Below, piece by piece: positions 37,363-46,589 of a DNA stretch of 64,000 nucleotides (its first letter is position 1; every line of letters begins with the position of its first letter). Both the position numbers and the translations under genes were made by a program. A model generated the notes under the pieces. It saw only the letters and a program-made list of their open reading frames with translations. It was not told the DNA's origin and ran no database searches. The stretch lies in sequence record DRR723986_8415. One strand, given 5' to 3'.

Positions 37363-39060
37363 CTACAAATTCACAAGCACGTCTAACATTTCGGATGCTG
37401 CCTGAATCAGTCTACTGTTTGCCTGGTAGGCCCGTTGATAAAAAATCATCTTCACAGCTTCCTCGTCCAAGTTGACACCAGATGCACTTAGGTGTTGTGA
37501 TTCGAGGTTGCGGTAAAAATTTCGCAGTCCATCGGAAACGCCCTTCTCGACATTGATATCCTGCGAAGTCTTGACGACGATATCCTCATAAGCTTGCTTG
37601 ATAGATCGTCCTCCAAGGCTTTCAATCGGATTGTCGAATGCCTCAGCTAGTTTCAATGCATTTTCAGTGCCGCTGCCAACGCCCGTTCCACTCGCGGCAA
37701 ACTTCCGCGGGTCATCGGCAATTGTCGGGTTCAGATCAATGGTCCGGGCCGAGTTGCCAACGAAAAATGTATTGATTCCAGCGGCGGCAAGAAAGTTTGA
37801 GGAGTCGTTTTGGAACGAAAAACGAAGCCGCTCGGTGTCGGATTCGATCCGCAATTTTCCATCAGCGGTTAGCGAGGCTGAAAGTCCAGAGACTGCATTG
37901 AGGTCACTACTGATATCGGCAAGCGTCGTGTCGTCGATACCGCCTTGCAGTTTTACTCGGATGGTATGCGTTTCCGTGATTCCGCTGGGCAAATCGGTGA
38001 CTTGCACCTGAAACTCGCCGTTTTGGACATTTACGGGCAATCCAGCAATATCCACGGGGGCCAGTGGATCATCGGACCCAAAGGTTCCCTCTACCAATTC
38101 AAAGCCCTCGAGTCCTTGGCCCTGAGAGTGAATCAAGTTGAACTGCGTAACCAGGTCGTTTGCGAATGCGTCTAGATCCTGCAACGTAGATCCGATGGCG
38201 GTGTCTCGCGCGGCGTAGAGCCCTGCCAAACGCCCTGCACTCACCTCCAGCGGCGCGTCAGTGTCTGCCAGTCTGACCTCTGGAGCTGGCGGATCTCGAT
38301 CACCGTCGAGAGCAAACGTGACGGGACGGTGGATACCGTCCGCAACAAGGTACTCTCCGCCAACGAATACTGTTACTGATCCACTCGTTTGTTCTACGGA
38401 TCGGATGTCTACAATCTGCGAAAGCTCTTGAAGTCGCTGATAGCGTTCGTCTCGAAGCCCGACAGCGTCAGAAGTTCCGATCTCACCGCCCTCAAGTTCT
38501 ACAATTCGAACGTTTAGCTTTGCGATCGACTCGGTCAGGCGATTGATCTCGCCCGCAGCAGATTGGATCTCTCCATTCAGGTTGCTACCGAGTTCTCCGA
38601 GTTGTTGGCCAACTTGCCGAATGTTCGAGGACAGGAGTTTCGCGCGTTCCAAAACCAGTCGCCGAAGCGAGTCGTTGCCGGGCTGATTGAGAACATCGTT
38701 GATGCTGTCGGAGAACTCCGAAATTTGGCTACTGAGATCGTTATCTGTTAGTTCGCCCAGGATGGCTTCAATTTGGTCATAGATTCCCGATTTGACGTCG
38801 CTTGCCGCGAGTTCACTTTCCGTTTGCCGAAGGCGCTCAAGGACGAATTCATCCAGGTTCTGAACGACGCCAACTGCACGAACGCCGCTGCCAAGAATCA
38901 GGTCGCCGCGTCGCGTTGAAACGCCAGGCGTTTGAATGAGCTCCTGCCGAATATAGCCCGGGGTATTCGCGTTGGCGATATTGTTGCCGACGACATGCAG
39001 TCCAAGTTCATTGACTTGGAGAGCGTTTGCAGACTGTTGTATGGATGAAAAGAGTGACAT
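37363..39060 (-). CDS. flgK: flagellar hook-associated protein 1
   Basis: GNNIANANTPGYIRQ, GSGV, SGVNLDEE, QRAYQANSRLI. Confidence 0.95.
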   Translation of the reverse strand: MSLFSSIQQSANALQVNELGLHVVGNNIANANTPGYIRQELIQTPGVSTRRGDLILGSGVRAVGVVQNLDEFVLERLRQTESELAASDVKSGIYDQIEAILGELTDNDLSSQISEFSDSINDVLNQPGNDSLRRLVLERAKLLSSNIRQVGQQLGELGSNLNGEIQSAAGEINRLTESIAKLNVRIVELEGGEIGTSDAVGLRDERYQRLQELSQIVDIRSVEQTSGSVTVFVGGEYLVADGIHRPVTFALDGDRDPPAPEVRLADTDAPLEVSAGRLAGLYAARDTAIGSTLQDLDAFANDLVTQFNLIHSQGQGLEGFELVEGTFGSDDPLAPVDIAGLPVNVQNGEFQVQVTDLPSGITETHTIRVKLQGGIDDTTLADISSDLNAVSGLSASLTADGKLRIESDTERLRFSFQNDSSNFLAAAGINTFFVGNSARTIDLNPTIADDPRKFAASGTGVGSGTENALKLAEAFDNPIESLGGRSIKQAYEDIVVKTSQDINVEKGVSDGLRNFYRNLESQHLSASGVNLDEEAVKMIFYQRAYQANSRLIQAASEMLDVLVNL

Positions 39061-39098
39061 TCATTTTGCCCCAAGTTTGTACACAAACTTTTACCGAA

Positions 39099-39590
39099 CT
39101 ACGACTGTGTGTTCAGCAGTCGTCCGCTCGCCGGTGCAGTTTTGCGCTTTCTAGAATAGACGTTGGGGCTTGATTTTCCGTTCGTGATCAAACGAATCAC
39201 GTCATTGGTGTGTTGCAACGATTGGTGTACGGTGACCCAAATTGCAAAGTGGAGTCGCCGAACGTAAGAAGTCTTTACTTGGGATTCGTTGACGCGTCTG
39301 CGGAGTTCCGTTTTTCGGTTCCCAGGCGTGATGTCGACGAGTGACTTCAAATTTGTTGCGCGTAGGCCCAGGCCTGTAGCCTGCTGAAGAATGGCTTGCC
39401 GCTGACTGACGATATGCTCGAGATCCTTCATCAATTGCGGTGACTGCGATTGGATCTCAGCTATGGCCGCAGGGCTACTTTCGAACGTTAGCTTTTCGAC
39501 TTCCTGCAACCAATCGATCCATCCGTCGACGACGCTATCCAATCGATCAAGGTACTCGCCAATCACTTTACTTAGATCTGTCGCTTGCAT
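39099..39590 (-). CDS. flgN: FlgN-like flagellar export chaperone
   Basis: 163-aa helical protein directly upstream of flgK with a C-terminal Y...G.LLN pattern. Call rests mainly on synteny. Confidence 0.6.
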   Translation of the reverse strand: MQATDLSKVIGEYLDRLDSVVDGWIDWLQEVEKLTFESSPAAIAEIQSQSPQLMKDLEHIVSQRQAILQQATGLGLRATNLKSLVDITPGNRKTELRRRVNESQVKTSYVRRLHFAIWVTVHQSLQHTNDVIRLITNGKSSPNVYSRKRKTAPASGRLLNTQS

Positions 39591-39617
39591 TTCTCGGTCG
39601 CCTTATGCTGTCGAGGC

Positions 39618-39644
39618 TCGTCGGCCAAATCTTTGCCACTCTTA
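39618..39644 (-). promoter_or_regulatory. candidate sigma-28 (FliA) promoter of flgN-flgK-flgL
   Basis: Minus strand TAAG-N15-GCCGACGA, compared with consensus TAAA-N15-GCCGATAA. A second GCCGATTT box lies at 39667-39660. Confidence 0.5.
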
Positions 39645-39762
39645 AGACTTCTTGTTCTAAAATCGGCATCGCGGGTCAGTCGCGTTGATCGGAACCGGCA
39701 ATAATGTCTCGGTCGTCTAGCGAGTTGCTAGCGTTAAGGTGGATTTAAAGGAGGGAATATCC

Positions 39763-40815
39763 GTGCGGGTCGCGATACTTGAATGGATTTGCAGTAGTTA
39801 TCGCGGGTTTCCACACGAAGAGCACCTGCTCAACGATGGACGAGCCATGCTTGGTACGTTGTTGAAAGCGTCCATCCTGGCTGGCAACGAAGCCGCGACA
39901 CTCGTTTCCGATCGATTGACTTTTTCTGCGGCAAACAGCATGCAGGCCGCAACTTGGTCTGCGTGTCGAATCCAAACGACAAACATCGACGACCTGCCGC
40001 CAGATGCTTTTGAAGCCGCGATGATTTCTAAGTGGCAACAGTTTGCGTCTGACCATGACCGTGCAATCATCGTTGCACCGGAAATAGATGGCCTGCTCGA
40101 AAGGGTCGTCGCGGCGGTCAGTGAAACCTGTGAAGTATTAAATTGCACCGGAGAGGCAATGGTTGTCTGCAGCGATAAACTCGCGTTGTCAAAGCATCTT
40201 GATAGCAGTCCCCTGCACCACCCCAAAACATGGTTGGCCAGCCAATTCGCACCATTGGACCATCCTGATTTTCAAGCCGGGCAACCATACGTGTTCAAGC
40301 CACGACGCGGCGCCGGATGCCACCAGGTACGCTTCTTTAAGGCCGATGACTGGGGCAACTTGATCCGGGATTTCTCCGCGGCAAGTAGCACGACGTTGGA
40401 TGCGTGTTTAGACAACTTTATAGTGCAGGAACTTGTACAAGGGGATGCTTACAGTCAGTCTGCTCTGGTTGGCACTGCAGACGACGCCCGGCCTGAGAAT
40501 ACGATTGAACTTCTGCAACCCTGCAAGCAGCAGTTAACGCCTATCGGTGACGGTGGGGTGGAACTATCAAGTGTGACGGTCGCTAACGAAGTGCCGAGTG
40601 TCGAAGACTTAGAGCTCTCTATGCGGGCGCTCTTGAAGTGTCTGCCGAAGGGACTTGCCGGGTGGATCGGCGTTGATCTGGTCTACTCGCAGGCTCGGGG
40701 GAGGTGGTTTGTGATCGAGGTAAACCCTCGCTGCACCGCGTCAATTGAGTGCCTTTGGGAATCGACGCCCAAGCAAGTTGCCAAGTTGTTTTGCAGGACC
40801 AGCGAAAGCTTGTGA
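39763..40815 (+). CDS. ATP-grasp protein (MfnD/tyramine-glutamate ligase-like)
   Basis: AAGGAGG RBS, DGRAML, IVAPEIDGLL, CSDK, KPRRGAGC, VQELVQG, GWIGVDL, IEVNPRCT. Confidence 0.8.
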   Translation: MRVAILEWICSSYRGFPHEEHLLNDGRAMLGTLLKASILAGNEAATLVSDRLTFSAANSMQAATWSACRIQTTNIDDLPPDAFEAAMISKWQQFASDHDRAIIVAPEIDGLLERVVAAVSETCEVLNCTGEAMVVCSDKLALSKHLDSSPLHHPKTWLASQFAPLDHPDFQAGQPYVFKPRRGAGCHQVRFFKADDWGNLIRDFSAASSTTLDACLDNFIVQELVQGDAYSQSALVGTADDARPENTIELLQPCKQQLTPIGDGGVELSSVTVANEVPSVEDLELSMRALLKCLPKGLAGWIGVDLVYSQARGRWFVIEVNPRCTASIECLWESTPKQVAKLFCRTSESL

Positions 40816-40976
40816 ATTCTACAATACTTCTGCTCCTTGCGGCGCTCGCGACAGTGCAGGCATATTGCGGACATGGGCGTAAAGCTTCGTGGGCTAGGTG
40901 ACAGGATCTCACGCCACCCTAGCTTTCTGCTATTCTAAGGGCTGCACATCCGAACGTTTGAAGTGGGGCAATTGTA

Positions 40977-41705
40977 ATGCAAGTTGGGCTCTCCCCAAAG
41001 CAATTCTCGATTGCTGGGGTAGTGATCGGCGGACCGGTCTTGTGCTGTCTGCTCGTGCTTTATTTCACCGTCGAACAATCAAGCACTTTGCAATTGCTCT
41101 TTAGTGCTGCCGTGATTCTCTTCTCGGTGGTGTTTGTATCCGAGATCCTTGTGCGGCGATTGCCTACGGCACTCAATGAGCTGGCGGAGAACAATTGCTT
41201 TCGCATGAACGGCGAAAAATCGAAACGCCGGATTGCCCAAGAGCTGAAGGCGAAGGGCAAGGTGCGTCGCGATTTTTGGGCAATTGGGATAGCCGCTGCG
41301 GCGCTATGGTGCGGAGTTGCGTTTGCGTTCCACAATTACTTCGTTCCTATCCCAGTGGCTATTCGTGGGTTGCTGGCAGTTGACGGAGACTCAGGTAGTT
41401 TGGTGCAGTCGCTGCGGGACGCGGGCATCGAACGAGACGTTGAATCGTCTGTGCAACGCACCTATGGTGGTGGGCCCAAGAGCGCGGCTGAGAAAACGAG
41501 AACGCTTTGGTCGTTAACTCCGTTCATCGCTACGGCACTGGTTGTCGCCGGAGTGCTTACAGTCGTGGGCGTAAACACTGGCTATCGGCTGGCCTTAGAA
41601 GAATATCGCCGCGGCTTGATCGCTCGACAGAAAATGCATGTCGATCGTGATATACGACATCTACAGAACAGTGAACTACGTCAAGAAACCGCTTCTGTTA
41701 CATGA
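40977..41705 (+). CDS. hypothetical membrane protein
   Basis: 242 aa with about four hydrophobic segments. Confidence 0.7.
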   Translation: MQVGLSPKQFSIAGVVIGGPVLCCLLVLYFTVEQSSTLQLLFSAAVILFSVVFVSEILVRRLPTALNELAENNCFRMNGEKSKRRIAQELKAKGKVRRDFWAIGIAAAALWCGVAFAFHNYFVPIPVAIRGLLAVDGDSGSLVQSLRDAGIERDVESSVQRTYGGGPKSAAEKTRTLWSLTPFIATALVVAGVLTVVGVNTGYRLALEEYRRGLIARQKMHVDRDIRHLQNSELRQETASVT

Positions 41706-41750
41706 CCGGGAATTTCCCGAGCAGCGTAGCGATCTGATGGCGCGAGTCGA

Positions 41751-42695
41751 CTATGAATTCTGACCTGCGAACTTGAGTGCATTGAAGAAGGCATCACGGA
41801 CCGAGGACTCGTCGACGCCAACGGCAAGTTCTAAGTTGGGACGCCAGGAGCGTGGTTGCCGCATATCGAATACCGTCATACCGCGAGTCAGTTCGCCGGC
41901 TGGCTCAACATCGGCGGCCATTTCTTCCCACTCAAAAAGAATCGGCTCCAGGAGTGCAAACAAGCCGAGTATGGCAGGCATGCTAATGGTTTCCCGTCCA
42001 AGCACTTGGCGGTGAGAACGGAAAAGGTGGGGAACGATCTTGTTCAGTACTTCGCCAACGCGTGAGTAGCTTGCAGGCAGTTGTTCTACGAGCTCCCAGC
42101 CGAACGATAGTGAATCGGCCAGCTCCAATGGAACAAGTGACTTCGTCGTGGCGGACTGAAAAACGCTTCTTGCGCTTTCGGGGTCGAAGTGCATGTTGAA
42201 TTCAGCCACGGGTGTCACATTGCCAGCAGCATTTCGCGAGCCACCAGCGATGACGACACGATCGACCATTGGCACAATTCCCGGATCCCGGCTAAGCGCT
42301 TTCGCAACGCCCGTGAGTGGCCCTAAGCAGAGAATGCTGACGCGCCCCGGATCTGCTCGGAGTAGATCTGAGATCAACTTGTCAGCAGGTTGTAAATGCT
42401 GTCGTCCAGCCGGTGCCCATCCGGCATTGCCAAGGCCGTCTTCACCGTGAAGTTGAGTGCCATTGGATACTGCCGCCCCTGATTCGGCTTCCAGGGCAGA
42501 ACCAATGCGAGGAGTGCGTGGTGGGTCCAGTTTTTCAACGATCGTGTGAACGTTGCGTGTGGCTTGTTCCGCGTCGACAGTTCCCGCGCAGGCGGTGATG
42601 CCAACAACCTCCAATCTGGAATCGAACAGAGCAAGTGCCAGTGCAAGGGCGTCGTCAATTCCAGGGTCACAGTCAATGATTACTTTTCTTGCCAC
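41751..42695 (-). CDS. nucleoside hydrolase (IU-NH fold) homolog with degenerate active site
   Basis: IIDCDPGIDD, HGEDGLG, GNVTPVAEFN, GELTRGMTVFD. The usual HD motif is absent. Confidence 0.88.
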   Translation of the reverse strand: MARKVIIDCDPGIDDALALALALFDSRLEVVGITACAGTVDAEQATRNVHTIVEKLDPPRTPRIGSALEAESGAAVSNGTQLHGEDGLGNAGWAPAGRQHLQPADKLISDLLRADPGRVSILCLGPLTGVAKALSRDPGIVPMVDRVVIAGGSRNAAGNVTPVAEFNMHFDPESARSVFQSATTKSLVPLELADSLSFGWELVEQLPASYSRVGEVLNKIVPHLFRSHRQVLGRETISMPAILGLFALLEPILFEWEEMAADVEPAGELTRGMTVFDMRQPRSWRPNLELAVGVDESSVRDAFFNALKFAGQNS

Positions 42696-42907
42696 CCGAT
42701 TCTCCATCCTTTGAGCAAAATGCTAGCAAGGTCACGTTGGGAGCCTGGTCTGCGCGTTCGGAAGGCCAGAGCACAACGATAGTGACTGTTATGCATCTTT
42801 TTCGTCAGCTTGAGTGGCAGCGGGCCACCCGAAGCAAGTATTCTTGCTTGAAAGAGGCCGTCAGTCGAGGCGGTTCTCGCGTCAGAACCTGGCGAGGGAG
42901 CGTCGAT

Positions 42908-43576
42908 CTAGTCGTCCAGCGGCAGAACTTCGACCTTTCTGATATGGACGTAGCTACCAGGGTCGTGCTGTTGGAACGCAAAATGGCCTGCTGGATACGT
43001 TTTTGCGAAGTCCATGTACTCGTAAAGTTCATTTCCATCGACCGAAATCTTGATTCGAGTCATCTTACGACCACGCCAAACGTCGTCACGCACTTCGATG
43101 TCGTAGGTGAACCAAGTGTCGGGTTTCACGTGTTGCTTGTAGACGTGGCAAAAGCCGTAGAGTGATCCCGTGCGAATTGGGTCTCTGTGCGTGCTATCGA
43201 CCTGAGCTTCGTAGCCATCCATAAAGCCCGGCTTGCGGGTTGTGCGAAAGTAAACGCCAGAGTTGCCACCGTCGTTGATTTTGACTTCGGCTCGATACCT
43301 GAAGTTCTTATACGGCCCCTTTGTGCAAACGAGCATAGACTGAGTGCCTGAGCCGGCAATCATGCCGTCTTTGATTTCCCAGTTGCTGTCTTTCTTTCCA
43401 ACCTTCTCCCATCCATCCAGCGTCTTACCATCGAAGAGTGAAATCCACTTTTCGTCTGCATCCTTGCTAGCCGATTCAACAGCGGTTTGTCCGAAAATTG
43501 GCGTTGCCGTCAGGGCGACGCACACAGGGAGGACAGCGAAAAGGAGCGTAGCCGGTAAGATTTTTGTACGTTTCAA
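42908..43576 (-). CDS. DUF1080 / 3-keto-disaccharide hydrolase family protein
   Basis: Signal peptide, SLFDGKTLDGW, GNSGVYF, YEAQV, TGSLY, FQQHDP. Confidence 0.92.
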   Translation of the reverse strand: MKRTKILPATLLFAVLPVCVALTATPIFGQTAVESASKDADEKWISLFDGKTLDGWEKVGKKDSNWEIKDGMIAGSGTQSMLVCTKGPYKNFRYRAEVKINDGGNSGVYFRTTRKPGFMDGYEAQVDSTHRDPIRTGSLYGFCHVYKQHVKPDTWFTYDIEVRDDVWRGRKMTRIKISVDGNELYEYMDFAKTYPAGHFAFQQHDPGSYVHIRKVEVLPLDD

Positions 43577-43857
43577 GGTGTCAATCCTGCGATGCGTTGA
43601 GCGTTAATAGGGACGAAGTAACCACATTTAGCTTACCAAAACTCGACACCACTAGGGGAGTCGCGCAGTTGTCTACTTTCACGGCACCGCAGATGGTTGA
43701 AATACGCAACTCAGCTTTGAAACGCTTCTCGCACAATCACTGGCAGCAAGTTACGCTTCGAGGGAAGCGATGGGAACTGGTTGGAATGAAGCTACATTGG
43801 TAGCGTGATCAAGACATCGAGATTCAAGAGTTCAGACCTCAACGAGGGAGCATAATA

Positions 43858-44985
43858 TTGAGACGAAAACATATCGTGGGTGCAACTCGGTTCCTTGTCG
43901 GCGTTATGGCGGGCATACTGGCATGGGCGGCGGAAGATCGAGCCGTTGCGCAGGCCCCGGCGGCTGAGTTTTCGCGTCTGAACGAGGCGAATGCCGTTGC
44001 TTGGGGGCAGCTCGTTCTGAATAACGTCGACGTTGAGTTTCCGAACAAGATGTCGCTCATTTACGTCGACGAAACTCGCGTTAAAACGCCCCGCGAGAAT
44101 TTTCCGGCCTTCTACGGTTGTTTCGACTGGCACAGCAGTGTGCACGGGCACTGGGTGCTCGTGAGACTCCTGAAGTCGAAGCCCAACATGGATTCCGCTG
44201 ATGCAATTCGTTCCGTTTTGAACAGGCATTTGAACGCAGGGAACATAAAGCAGGAAGCAGCATTCTTCGCTCGCGACGAACACAAGTCGTTTGAGCGGAT
44301 GTATGGCTGGTCCTGGCTGCTGAAGTTAGCCAGTGAGCTGGATGGATGGGATGATCCCGACGCAAAAGTTTGGCGGGAAAACCTCCGGCCACTAGAGATG
44401 GTCATCCTGAAACGCGTCAAAGAGTATCTACCGCTGCTGACCTATCCCATCCGAACCGGCCAGCATACCGACACTGGATTTGCTCTGGGGCAACTATATG
44501 ATTACGCTCGAGCGATGGAGAACCGTGAGCTGGAGCAACAGGTCGTGGAGGCTGCGAAGCGTTTTTATATGGACGATCGTGCCTATCCGGTGTCCTATGA
44601 GCCCTCGGGGCACGACTTCTTTTCATCGTGTTGGAACGAAGCAGACTTGATGAGGCGTATATTGCCGCAAGATGAATTCGTTACGTGGCTTGAGGGCTTC
44701 GTACCTCGCGCCAAGACTCAGTTGCAGGATGGGACCGTTGCACCGGTTCAAGTTTCCGATGTGACGGATGGTAAGTTAGTCCACCTAGCCGGGCTTAATC
44801 TGAGCCGAGCGTGGTGTCTTCGTGCTATCGCAAACGCCCTTCCCGAAGACCATCAACTTCAGAAACCGCTGGGCGACAGCGCGCTGGCTCATCTACGTGC
44901 TGGTGTAGCCTACGTTAACAGCGGTCATTACGCCGGTGACCATTGGCTTGCCACGTTCGCACTCTACGCAATCACAGAGAACTGA
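43858..44985 (+). CDS. DUF2891 family secreted protein
   Basis: PAFYGCFDWHSSVHGHW, FERMYGWSW, EPSGHDF, HLAGLNLSRAW, HWLATFA. Confidence 0.88.
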   Translation: MRRKHIVGATRFLVGVMAGILAWAAEDRAVAQAPAAEFSRLNEANAVAWGQLVLNNVDVEFPNKMSLIYVDETRVKTPRENFPAFYGCFDWHSSVHGHWVLVRLLKSKPNMDSADAIRSVLNRHLNAGNIKQEAAFFARDEHKSFERMYGWSWLLKLASELDGWDDPDAKVWRENLRPLEMVILKRVKEYLPLLTYPIRTGQHTDTGFALGQLYDYARAMENRELEQQVVEAAKRFYMDDRAYPVSYEPSGHDFFSSCWNEADLMRRILPQDEFVTWLEGFVPRAKTQLQDGTVAPVQVSDVTDGKLVHLAGLNLSRAWCLRAIANALPEDHQLQKPLGDSALAHLRAGVAYVNSGHYAGDHWLATFALYAITEN

Positions 44986-45265
44986 TGGAACTCTTCCCAT
45001 GGCGACATGCCGCCAGGTAAGACCGGTGACCTCGTAAATCAGAGTCGCACGCTGCGGGGATCGTCGGTTCGAATCTGTAAACGTTGATCGGCTTGAAGGG
45101 ATTCACAATCGCATTCGATACCAATTGAAACTTCGATTTGCTCTGAGAACTCTTGGTCAGGGGAGCGGCAAGCGGCGCGAAAAACGAATATAATCGCCAC
45201 CTAGAAAATCGCATCGCAAGCACTGATCGTGCCGGTGTAGCAATAAACTCCCCAAGGCTGAATGG

Positions 45266-46012
45266 ATGAATAAGTACGATTCGTTGTGTGACGAATTCTA
45301 TGTGAATATGCACCTGTGTACGGAGATGGATCTCCCGCAGAATCGGGAAGCCGTCTTGCATTTCTTTGAGCAGATCCAAAAACGTTTCCCCAAGATGTCG
45401 AACTTCTTCTCGCGCGATCGTGGCGAGTTTTGCTTGGAAGCAGAAAAAGAAAACGGACGTAGCCGTTGGGTCTCGACCGAGCTTAGAAGACTATGTAGCG
45501 GCAATATCAATCCGGACAGTATTGCCGAGGCAATTGAGCAGCATCAAACGGTCCTGGGATTGATTCCCTACGAACTGTCGATCAGTCATTTGGATTGTGA
45601 ATCGCTCAACTTGACCGTTGGCTTTGATTTCAACTACCGAGGCAATCACAACGAACTGTTGGCCGAGGCCTTTGGCATGTTGCAACCACTTGAAAAGCTG
45701 GTGGAGCATGCCAACGGGAAGGCTGCGCTCAGCTATGAACCGATGATTCAATTTGCTCTCGAAGACGATTGTCGAACTCAGTGTCGCCTTGCATTTGAAA
45801 CGCGGACGACTGCCTATCAAGTGCGGTCAGGCGAATTCTCGGAGGACGTTATCAGTGTTTACCTAACGCTGCGTCGTTTTGATAGCCTCGCTTCGACGGA
45901 TGAGTTTGGCGAAGAGCTGCAGCGACTGGCGGGGATCTGCGAAAATCTGACCGACAATTACTTGGTCGAAAACATCTTGCGACCACTCCACCAAACGATC
46001 GCTTTAAAGTAG
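45266..46012 (+). CDS. hypothetical cytoplasmic protein
   Basis: 248-aa acidic ORF with a clean ATG, convergent with csrA. No recognised catalytic motif. Confidence 0.8.
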   Translation: MNKYDSLCDEFYVNMHLCTEMDLPQNREAVLHFFEQIQKRFPKMSNFFSRDRGEFCLEAEKENGRSRWVSTELRRLCSGNINPDSIAEAIEQHQTVLGLIPYELSISHLDCESLNLTVGFDFNYRGNHNELLAEAFGMLQPLEKLVEHANGKAALSYEPMIQFALEDDCRTQCRLAFETRTTAYQVRSGEFSEDVISVYLTLRRFDSLASTDEFGEELQRLAGICENLTDNYLVENILRPLHQTIALK

Positions 46013-46048
46013 CGGTCCTGCGAGTGATTGCATTTTGAATTTGGCCGG

Positions 46049-46258
46049 CTAGCAAGCCTGTAGAACACCGTCCTCAACGACCAATTCCACTCGAGGAGTT
46101 TGAACGGGCGCGTGTTCTAATTCTCCTCGCAAGATTTTGACCTCTGCGGGGGCTTCGATTCCGATGGTGACTCGGTTTCCTTGAATCCTGACGATTTCGA
46201 CCGTTACGTTGTTGCCAATAACGAGCTTTTCGCCATCTTTGCGTCCTAGTACCAACAT
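46049..46258 (-). CDS. csrA: carbon storage regulator CsrA homolog
   Basis: MLVLGRKDGEKLVIG...VTIGIEAP.EV.ILRGEL, with AAGGA RBS. Confidence 0.9.
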   Translation of the reverse strand: MLVLGRKDGEKLVIGNNVTVEIVRIQGNRVTIGIEAPAEVKILRGELEHAPVQTPRVELVVEDGVLQAC

Positions 46259-46457
46259 TGCGTTTCGTCCTTGAAAGTGTTTGTACGGGCCATCTATTTC
46301 AACATCGAGTTGACCGCGTTGCCTCGACAGAACTAAGTATCAGACGACCGTGTGACAACTTTGGTCAAACCGGACCAAGAAACTGAATTTTGTCGTTCTA
46401 AGCCACCATTTGTTGGTGAAACTGGGGCGTTGTTGAATTCCGTCGGCCAGGAGCAAT

Positions 46458-46494
46458 AAAAAAGGCTCCCGAATCACGCGTGTGACTGGGAGCC
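46458..46494 (-). terminator. intrinsic terminator downstream of the Gfo/Idh/MocA gene
   Basis: GGCTCCC...GGGAGCC stem with a 6-A run at 46458-46463. Confidence 0.7.
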
Positions 46495-46589
46495 CTGAAT
46501 TTCAAGCTAGCATTCTGCGATCAAGTCAGCACGCGGGGCGCTGATCGCTGGTCGTTGCTAGCCTGTTTGCGGTATGGAAAGGCGACACC

